A DNA stretch of 63,922 bases, counting the filler, from Candidatus Woesearchaeota archaeon CG1_02_57_44 (GTDB taxonomy: Archaea; Nanobdellota; Nanobdellia; Woesearchaeales; CG1-02-57-44), in the NCBI GenBank assembly GCA_001871415.1. It is 3 parts of 3 records of this genome, joined end to end, with 100 filler letters (N's around TTAATTAATTAA, not from the genome) between each part and the next. Parts side by side here need not be neighbours in the genome. Positions count along the whole stretch, not along the records: positions 44,140 to 63,922 come from MNWW01000072.1; 2 more parts are not named here. One strand, 5' to 3'. The position numbers and the translations under genes are program-made. Positions 57,059-63,922 of the stretch are shown in pieces (the stretch's first letter is position 1; every line of letters starts with the position of its first letter). The notes below the pieces were generated by a model that ran no database searches, had not been told where the DNA came from, and was given only the letters and a program-made list of their open reading frames with translations.

Positions 57059-57382
57059 TCATCTGTCAAAGCCTCGTGGTGGCCGATGTTTCGCAAAACA
57101 ATCTCGGCAATAGACAGGCCTTCCTTCGGTCGGCTTGAATGGGACATCACATTCTTTCTTGCAGTCGGCGCAGGTCGCTTTGTGCATCTCGCGAGGGGCC
57201 ATGCTCCGTGGTCCTGACGAAAATCCCCCGCCGCCAAATCCGCCGCCGCCCGTGCGGGGCCGATAGCTGCTGAAGCTGTCAGAGCCATAGCTTTTCTCTG
57301 ACCTGCTTGACGAATCGCTGCTCTTTCCTGAGCGCTTGCCTGAGCCGCGCCCTTTTGTTGACCGTAGGTTTCCTCTTCCCAT
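57059..57382 (-). CDS. CxxC-x17-CxxC zinc-ribbon protein
   Basis: MHKATCADCKKECDVPFKPTEGRPVYCRDCF with a Gly/Ser/Arg-rich N-terminus. Confidence 0.9.
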   Translation of the reverse strand: MGRGNLRSTKGRGSGKRSGKSSDSSSRSEKSYGSDSFSSYRPRTGGGGFGGGGFSSGPRSMAPREMHKATCADCKKECDVPFKPTEGRPVYCRDCFAKHRPPRGFDR

Positions 57383-57580
57383 AGCGTATCCTTTCTCCTA
57401 TCGCTGTATTATATGTCAGCAACACCTGATCAGCATCCGCGGATCGCAGCGCCTCTGACTGTACCTTATGAAAAGGTGCATCCTTTTTATATGCTTCTGT
57501 TTTTTGACGATGAAGAGCCGGGTCGTCACTTCCTTCAATCGGATGGACACTTTTTATATTGCGTCCTTTTTTCTTCTTCC

Positions 57581-58222
57581 ATGGACTTGGTCATCGTCGA
57601 TGAGCACAATATGGTGCTGGCGCCCTGGTTGGCAGTGCCTGTTCAAGCTGTACTGCACCTCGACTATCACTCTGATATGTACGCGATGGATGTCCCCCTG
57701 CGCAATGGCGGGAGCGATGCAACGTACGCGCGCAAGGTCTCCTGCGCGGAATTCATCTGTCCTGCGGTGCATTACGGTGGTATCGCATCAGTCGCGCATG
57801 TGCTGCTCCATGAGGCGCGGGTCGATATGTACACCGATCTTCACACGCGCGAGCAGGATGATGGGCTCTATTGGGCTTCACCTTGTTTAGGCTTCAGCTG
57901 GCGTGTCCCGACAGCGTACAGGACCGGACTGGATACGCTGACAATCGATGCAACCTACATCCTGGATATCGATCTTGACGCGTTCATGTGTATGGAGGAG
58001 TCCGACTATGATCCTCCTTCGGCATTACCAGACAGCGCGACGCAGCGCATCGGCCAGATGCGTGGCATTCTTTCGGAGCTGCCGGAACCGCAGCTGGTGA
58101 CGATTGCCCAGAGCGCGCATTCAGGTGTCTTCACACCTGCCGCGCATGTCGGAATGCTACAGGAGCGCGTGGTCGCTGTGCTGCGAGAACTATATGGCGA
58201 TGCGCTCCATGAATGTGCCTAA
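57581..58222 (+). CDS. UPF0489-like (arginase/deacetylase-fold) protein
   Basis: Motifs IVDEHN, LHLDYHSDM, ILDIDLDAF and VTIAQS; TTTTTATA upstream of ATG 57581. Confidence 0.78.
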   Translation: MDLVIVDEHNMVLAPWLAVPVQAVLHLDYHSDMYAMDVPLRNGGSDATYARKVSCAEFICPAVHYGGIASVAHVLLHEARVDMYTDLHTREQDDGLYWASPCLGFSWRVPTAYRTGLDTLTIDATYILDIDLDAFMCMEESDYDPPSALPDSATQRIGQMRGILSELPEPQLVTIAQSAHSGVFTPAAHVGMLQERVVAVLRELYGDALHECA

Positions 58223-58350
58223 GAGATACTGCTTCTCAAGGATTCCTTTTCTCGTTTTCGACCTGACTCGTAGATTCTACTGCTGATAGCAGAACCCTTT
58301 CGATTTTTTTTGGCGCGTGCACATTAAGGTGCGATGCTACACTCCAAGCT

Positions 58351-58941
58351 ATGCGCAAAAAGATATTCCTTGCGGCGATGGCTGGTCTTGCGGCAGGCTT
58401 GCTCCTTCGGCCCGTCGCGGACCAGGGGATATACGCTGCGGCTCATCAGCAACAGTATACAGTCACGTGCGATGTCCTGGATCAGAACGCGCCGTCACGC
58501 CTTCATGCACAGGGCATTGACGCACTGGTCCTACATCGCTCTGACGAGAGCGTCATCGCTGGCGATCCTGCCTATGCGGTGTCATCTGCCCTTGATGTGG
58601 CGCTCGCGTCATCACCCCAGCAGTTCACGCCATCTGATTACTTTGCTACTACGGACGCGGCGATACGCATGCAACAGGGCCTTGCCAAGCGCCAGTATCA
58701 GGATTGTGGCATCCTCGCTGGCAGCTACGGCACTGCGCCACAGGAGGATATCTTCTCATTGGGCATCGCCTATGTGCAGGAAGGTGGGCAATTGGTCCCC
58801 TATCTTGTCGGTAGTTCTGGCAGGCAGCGTATCCGCAATGGGCTACGAAGCACAGACACTATCCTAGGTGACCTGCGCATCGATCTGGAGACGCTCAAGC
58901 AGGATATCATCGACAATATCCAGGATTGGAGGGGATTCTGA
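58351..58941 (+). CDS. Hypothetical exported protein
   Basis: Signal-like MRKKIFLAAMAGLAAGLLL; TGATG coupling to the next gene. Confidence 0.65.
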   Translation: MRKKIFLAAMAGLAAGLLLRPVADQGIYAAAHQQQYTVTCDVLDQNAPSRLHAQGIDALVLHRSDESVIAGDPAYAVSSALDVALASSPQQFTPSDYFATTDAAIRMQQGLAKRQYQDCGILAGSYGTAPQEDIFSLGIAYVQEGGQLVPYLVGSSGRQRIRNGLRSTDTILGDLRIDLETLKQDIIDNIQDWRGF

Positions 58942-59906
58942 TGCGAGGGATGCTACCAGCGACAGTCGGCTTTGACATGGCCGAGGAATATCGGACGGTT
59001 GTGCAGGGCACGCGTGAGGTCGCGTCCTTGCAGGATGTGCTGGAGAACGAAGTCATGCCCCAGGGATGGTACGCTCTGTTGCTTCGCTGGATTCGGCACC
59101 GCACGGGCAAGGCCTCGGACTGCGGCGCACCAGAGGATATTCTGGGGCGGCAGTTGGACATCATGGATGGTTTATCGCAATCTCTGGAACGCATGGCAGT
59201 TGGTGCCAAGCGGCTGGCTGATGGCATCGGGGAGCAGTACAATCAGTCAGTGGTCCAGGAAGAAGCGAACGTTGCGCACTACACAGAACTGTCAGGAATA
59301 TTAGATGACATCGACCCTGCTGCTGAATCCGAGCGCCTGGACTCATTGCGGGAGCATCGCAATCAACCTGGCGCCACAGCAGAGATGATCGCTGCGCGCG
59401 AGCGCATGCGCGAGCACGCGTATTCGCAAGGAGAATACGCCATGGTACTTTCAGAAGCGCACTGGCTGACGGTCGAGCAGGACTCACGGCGCACGTACAC
59501 GGATCTGCTTGATGTCATTGCAATCACCATGGCCCAGATGCGCCAGGGTATATCCCATGCTATCACCTCAGCGCACACGACGCGGGATGTATACATCGCG
59601 TTCAAGGCAGGCCGCCTTGGCATGGACGCCATGCAGGGAGCGCTCGCGACCTTGCGAGGACATGTTGCCAGCCAGCACGCCTACATCCGGGACACTTCCT
59701 CACATATCGCAGAGCGCGCCATGCAAGTGCGCGCCCTGCCCGATCGCATGTCACCGGGCAATAGCCTGGACCATAATCTTGAGCGCATGCGCCAGACGGC
59801 GCTCGCGGTCAATGAAGACCTGGCGCAGGATGTGCAATTCAGATACCTTGGTCAGGTGGCTGATCATCCTCACACAGGGCTTGGCGCTGGAGGCAGGGGG
59901 GGTTGA
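58941..59906 (+). CDS. Hypothetical coiled-coil/helical protein
   Basis: Long heptad-like helical composition; start coupled to the upstream stop. Confidence 0.65.
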   Translation: MRGMLPATVGFDMAEEYRTVVQGTREVASLQDVLENEVMPQGWYALLLRWIRHRTGKASDCGAPEDILGRQLDIMDGLSQSLERMAVGAKRLADGIGEQYNQSVVQEEANVAHYTELSGILDDIDPAAESERLDSLREHRNQPGATAEMIAARERMREHAYSQGEYAMVLSEAHWLTVEQDSRRTYTDLLDVIAITMAQMRQGISHAITSAHTTRDVYIAFKAGRLGMDAMQGALATLRGHVASQHAYIRDTSSHIAERAMQVRALPDRMSPGNSLDHNLERMRQTALAVNEDLAQDVQFRYLGQVADHPHTGLGAGGRGG

Positions 59907-59912
59907 TGCCAA

Positions 59913-60428
59913 GTGCGTTATGCCGTACTCGCGCAGCCTGACGCCTATGCGTACTGCGAGGCGTTACGAACGTCACTTTGGGCCTGTAGCCTGTTGTATT
60001 ATCGTCGCAATGGTGATGACCCGAGCCACGGATTGATGGGCCTAGCATCAGCGGCGCTAGGTTCACTGGGTCTTGACGTGCTCAAGGTCAATGCGGAGAC
60101 GGGATTCCCTGCGCAAGAAGAGTTCGCCAGGGTCGGGAATGCGCAAGGCACGCTGCTCATCGGTGATCGATGTCTCGGCTATATGCTCGGCGCTGACGCG
60201 GCATCCGCAGGCATCGCGCTTGGCGATGCTTGGCGTGCCCGGGCGTTGTTCCCTGAGGATGGCCTGAGTCATGTGCTGACCTCGGTCAGTTACGGGCAGT
60301 ACCTTGAAGTGCTCGCGTGCGCCTCGGACGCTTCGCTCACAGCGCTGCAAGGCTGCAGAACGCCATATGCTCTTGGATACATACTGCCCCTGGATATATA
60401 TTGCCCCCTGGACGGCTGTGGTTCCTGA
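59913..60428 (+). CDS. Hypothetical protein
   Basis: Co-oriented ORF 6 nt after the previous stop. Confidence 0.5.
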   Translation: MRYAVLAQPDAYAYCEALRTSLWACSLLYYRRNGDDPSHGLMGLASAALGSLGLDVLKVNAETGFPAQEEFARVGNAQGTLLIGDRCLGYMLGADAASAGIALGDAWRARALFPEDGLSHVLTSVSYGQYLEVLACASDASLTALQGCRTPYALGYILPLDIYCPLDGCGS

Positions 60429-60451
60429 CCCTTCCTGTCCTTCGCCTGTTC

Positions 60452-60991
60452 ATGTCATCACCTGACCCGTATGATGCTCGCGATTCCCGCACGGGCGATT
60501 GCGTGCTGGTTGCTTGGACGCGCGATGAACTGGCTTTTGCCCTTGAGCAACGTCTTGCCGGATATTGCCAGCCCCGCTCGGGAGAACACGCATTGGATTA
60601 TCTGCGACGCTGCGCCAGGGAAGCGGCCTCGCTAGAGCGTATGGGCATGCATGCTCCACGGCAAAGCGCAGCCTATGCGCTTGATGCTGAGCTGCTGGAG
60701 GACAGCTACGGCTCCCTTGCTGAAGGGCTTTCGCTCCTGCTGGAAGCGGAACTCTACCTGGGCATAGCGAGCCTCACCGACGCTGCGGCTCTTGATTTGC
60801 AACCAAGAATCGCGTCCTGTATGGGACGGCTTGGTCAACGAAACGCATGGTTGACTGACGATGCACACGTTGCCATGGCGCAGTGCTCAAAGGATTTGGA
60901 ATCGTTGCTCTCGCGTATTGGCGTTGAAGGAGACGGTGGCGCTCCCCAGCAGGACACTTGTGAGCAAAACCCTGCCGCGTTAACGGCCTGA
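60452..60991 (+). CDS. Hypothetical protein
   Basis: Co-oriented ORF; start moved to ATG 60452. Confidence 0.5.
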   Translation: MSSPDPYDARDSRTGDCVLVAWTRDELAFALEQRLAGYCQPRSGEHALDYLRRCAREAASLERMGMHAPRQSAAYALDAELLEDSYGSLAEGLSLLLEAELYLGIASLTDAAALDLQPRIASCMGRLGQRNAWLTDDAHVAMAQCSKDLESLLSRIGVEGDGGAPQQDTCEQNPAALTA

Positions 60992-61010
60992 CTGTGCACT
61001 TGCGACGTAG

Positions 61011-61361
61011 CTACTGGCGCAGCACGGTAGCCCCTAGACGAAGCAACTGTCTCTCATGCGCATAGAACTTCCCTGACTGCACACCTGGACAGCCAGTGCT
61101 GAGCGTGACGGTGTTGCCACGCACCCATATGGGGTATTCTCTGCATGCTGATGGACGGTTCTGGTAAATGCGACACTTGCTCGCGAACAGATGCGGACAG
61201 CCATTGTCGAGCACAATGAATGATCCTGGATTTCCGAAGCGCGGCTGGCTTTTCGCGTCAATGGGCAGTATGCCCTTGCTGCAGCAGAGCGCGCGGCACT
61301 CACTTTCGCAGTATGGGCCAAGGCTTCTTCTGGCGCTGGCAGCTACCTGGGCGATGGTCAT
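61011..61361 (-). CDS. YkgJ-like CxxCxxCC cysteine-cluster protein
   Basis: CESECRALCC...CPHL..SKCRIYQNRPSACREYP...CPG. Confidence 0.85.
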   Translation of the reverse strand: MTIAQVAASARRSLGPYCESECRALCCSKGILPIDAKSQPRFGNPGSFIVLDNGCPHLFASKCRIYQNRPSACREYPIWVRGNTVTLSTGCPGVQSGKFYAHERQLLRLGATVLRQ

Positions 61362-61591
61362 GGCGTGGATATGTTCCTGCAGGTATTTGAAGATGCAGAT
61401 AGTGCGTGCTTCTTGCGCACGAAGTACGACCTTAATGTTTCGGACGCAGAGAGCCCGGTGTTTACTTGCCTGGGTTGTTGTTGTCCATCGCATATCCTGC
61501 GGTTTTTCGTACTTCCTGTCGCTATTTTGCTACCCTTGTAGGGGGGCAAAGACTAGGGAAGGATTAAGAACAGGAGCATGCTTGTCCCCGC

Positions 61592-62503
61592 ATGATAATC
61601 CCTCATGGCATTGTAAGGGACCCGAAAGTGGCCCGGCGCATCGAGAACAACGCAGCAAAGACAGGTCTCTTGGTGATACCGGACACCGACGCCATCAGTA
61701 ATCTGTGGATCGTGGCAAGACACCTGCAAGCGCCCCGGGATACCGGTGATCTGCCTGCCTTCAACACAGAACTGCGCCACGCGTATCAGTCTATTGAGCA
61801 GATACCCGGAGTATCCTACGCGCACGTGCTTCCCAGCCAGGACGCACGCGATTTTGTCGTGCTCTTTGACCATCATGGGCCCAGGGCCCTTGCCCTGGAG
61901 CAACTGGCTGAGGTCCCTACCATCGCTGGCTACGCCACGCTCCTTGGCGGCGGAGCTCCTGTCCCTGATGATGTCGCTTATGTCACCATCAAGGATGTGA
62001 GCATAAGCTTTGACCGCATGGCCACGCTGCGCCTTGGGCATCTCCCTGAAGCTGAGCGAAAGCAATGGGCGGTGCTGAACGCTTCCACGGAACCTGGCAC
62101 TGCCTACACCATCCTGTTCGACCCGCGCTCTGTGTCTGCTGATCCTATCCAATGGCTCGCTGACGAGAACAAAGGCACTGGCGAATACGTGTTCAGGCAG
62201 ATAGTGCACCATCGGGTCAGATCCTATGCTGGCAGCGATGTCAATGTCACGGGCGGCATCTGGCTGCAGGAAAGCCCCATGGTCGCAGACCTGGAGGGGC
62301 AGCTGCGATTCATCAAGGCGTCCCGTGATGCGCAGATACATCCGGACTATATCACGATGCTCGCGGCTGGACTGCGGAAGGCTGAATCCACGGCCCCGGG
62401 TTTCATCACCAACTATATGCGCAGCACCTATCAGCCTGATGGCAGTCCGCTGATATCCAATCCCGTGCTCCGGGATGCGCTGGGTTGGGGCGCCGGGAAA
62501 TAA
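61592..62503 (+). CDS. Hypothetical protein
   Basis: 303-aa ORF with plausible coding composition; no motif recognised. Confidence 0.6.
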   Translation: MIIPHGIVRDPKVARRIENNAAKTGLLVIPDTDAISNLWIVARHLQAPRDTGDLPAFNTELRHAYQSIEQIPGVSYAHVLPSQDARDFVVLFDHHGPRALALEQLAEVPTIAGYATLLGGGAPVPDDVAYVTIKDVSISFDRMATLRLGHLPEAERKQWAVLNASTEPGTAYTILFDPRSVSADPIQWLADENKGTGEYVFRQIVHHRVRSYAGSDVNVTGGIWLQESPMVADLEGQLRFIKASRDAQIHPDYITMLAAGLRKAESTAPGFITNYMRSTYQPDGSPLISNPVLRDALGWGAGK

Positions 62504-62579
62504 GTGTCAGGGAATGCAGGCAGTCTTGCCGTATTTCCCATGCCCCTCTTTCAAATACTTCCTGTCTATTCCCCCTTCC

Positions 62580-63140
62580 ATGTTCACGACCATACGCTTC
62601 ACGATCGATGCTGGCGTCTTTGGCATTGAAGGTTCGCATCCGGTCTTTGAAGAGCCGATGCTGCGCGTCGGGATGGTTGGGCAGACCGGAATCGCAACGG
62701 GCACTCCTGCGGAAGTCAATGTGTCCAAAGGCATCGCCTGCACGTACCATGGCCAGCCCGTCACGTTCGAGCCTCGGCCCATCTACTTTGGCCACAAGGT
62801 GATCCTCCCTCCCAACCGGCTTTGGGAGCTTGGACAGGGCACGCTGGATTTTCTGCTTGAGAAAGAGGACATCCAGCATCTCTCTGTTCGCTACATGCAC
62901 GCGTCAGGCGTCATGCATCTGTATGACCCTCACAGCGGTGGGCTCACCACTGTCGCGTGCGCAGGTCAGCAGCTTGACCTGGGATTCCCCTCTGGCAATG
63001 CTGAGCGCTATCTGCTGCTGGGCGGCCACGATGATGAGGGAAAGGCCTCGCGACGCTTCTGGCACCTGGAGGTCAATGCGCCTGTCGGCTCGACCTACAT
63101 CCGGGTGAGCAAAGTTGGGTGGCGGGGACGCAAGACCTGA
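62580..63140 (+). CDS. Hypothetical beta-rich protein
   Basis: TTTCAAATA about 25 nt upstream of ATG 62580; no confident motif. Confidence 0.5.
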   Translation: MFTTIRFTIDAGVFGIEGSHPVFEEPMLRVGMVGQTGIATGTPAEVNVSKGIACTYHGQPVTFEPRPIYFGHKVILPPNRLWELGQGTLDFLLEKEDIQHLSVRYMHASGVMHLYDPHSGGLTTVACAGQQLDLGFPSGNAERYLLLGGHDDEGKASRRFWHLEVNAPVGSTYIRVSKVGWRGRKT

Positions 63141-63246
63141 TCGCCATCTCTCAGCCCTGCCGCGGAGAGCCCGCATCAGGCGAATCGGCATCGCACTCTT
63201 CAAAACTGTTATATACTCTGCGATGACCCAACCGCAAGGTGATTGC

Positions 63247-63922
63247 ATGAGACAGACGCTCCCTTTATGTTTGGTCGTGTTGATCATGGCTTCAGCCTGC
63301 GCGCCCCTGCAACGCATGGATCCTGAGACAACAGCGCCGGGCCAAAGCATGCAGCACGCGTATGGCATCGCGCTTGATTCCTGCCATGAGGGCACGGTCA
63401 GTGACCAGGGTTTCTTCAATCCCAATAGTCGCACCTGGTGGTTTGATATCGCGGCTGACAAGCCAGGGTGCAGCCCAGCTTGCGTCGTCGCAGAAGATGG
63501 TTCTGCTGAAGTGAACTGGCGCTGCACAGGAGCGCTGCCAGAGCGCATCGTCTTGTCGCAGGATGACGCGCGTGTCATCGCAGGGGACCAATGCGCTGAC
63601 ATCGGTCCTGTCGTGGCCGAGGGCATGTACAATCCGAACAGCAGGACCTGGTGGTTTGATATCGCGGCTGACAAGCCAGGGTGCAGCCCAGCTTGCGTCG
63701 TCGCAGAAGATGGTTCTGCTGAAGTGAACTGGCGCTGCACAGGAGCGCTGCCAGAGCGCATCGTCTTGTCGCAGGATGACGCGCGTGTCATCGCAGGGGA
63801 CCAATGCGCTGACATCGGTCCTGTCGTGGCCGAGGGCATGTACAATCCGAACAGCAGGACCTGGTGGTTTGATATCGCGGCTGACAAGCCAGGGTGCAGC
63901 CCAGCTTGCGTCGTCGCAGAAG
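63247..63922 (+). CDS. Lipoprotein-like protein with tandem 71-aa Cys-containing repeat domains (3' truncated; not in the ORF track)
   Basis: AGGTGA RBS; MRQTLPLCLVVLIMASAC signal/lipobox; repeated NPNSRTWWFDIAADKPGCSPACVVAEDGSAEVNWRCTG; open to the window end. Confidence 0.85.
   Translation, partial: MRQTLPLCLVVLIMASACAPLQRMDPETTAPGQSMQHAYGIALDSCHEGTVSDQGFFNPNSRTWWFDIAADKPGCSPACVVAEDGSAEVNWRCTGALPERIVLSQDDARVIAGDQCADIGPVVAEGMYNPNSRTWWFDIAADKPGCSPACVVAEDGSAEVNWRCTGALPERIVLSQDDARVIAGDQCADIGPVVAEGMYNPNSRTWWFDIAADKPGCSPACVVAE
63433..63922 (+). repeat. 213-bp identical tandem repeat, at least 2.3 copies
   Basis: ACCTGGTGGTTTGATATC anchors at 63433, 63646 and 63859. Confidence 0.95.

Noticed and set aside
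62904..63887. Minus-strand 327-aa repeat ORF
   Set aside because: It is the shadow of the plus-strand lipoprotein, which has an RBS, signal peptide and patterned Cys/Trp.

Overview
A GC-rich (roughly 55-60% by eye) archaeal sequence, most likely from a DPANN/Woesearchaeota-like genome. This is an inference from TATA-box promoters, an A/V-type ATPase D subunit, AbrB-PhoU and Lrp regulators, and DUF5752-like and CxxC-x17-CxxC proteins. The window is three contigs joined by artificial N44-TTAATTAATTAA-N44 linkers (23062-23161, 44040-44139), so gene order across the linkers cannot be trusted. Contig 1 (1-23061) holds the atpD tail, xth and a sugar-phosphate/glycolysis cluster (gpmA, pgi, gap, two divergent PfkB kinases, an NDP-sugar nucleotidyltransferase). 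It ends with the most interesting locus: two paralogous NACHT/STAND NTPases sharing a degenerate histidine-phosphatase-fold N-terminal domain. One has a TPR tail. The other has no sensor domain and is translationally coupled to an array of six paralogous unknown genes with a conserved N-terminal 'RQSDLEVLLAQQFADAIN' motif. Contig 2 (23162-44039) holds an AAA ATPase/RloB pair, a solitary perfect Cas12a-type crRNA handle, and a large surface-glycan cluster (glycosyltransferases, methyltransferases, GDP-heptose genes, flippase, RmlA/RmlD-like genes). Contig 3 (44140-63922) holds hairpin remnants, MscS, NUDIX, an aminotransferase, a glycogen cluster (GH57, GT4, GT3, two DUF5752-like genes), PIG-L, several hypotheticals and a lipoprotein with 213-bp tandem repeats. 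Short tandem duplications and in-frame low-complexity insertions recur throughout. All calls come from motif reading only; no searches were run.
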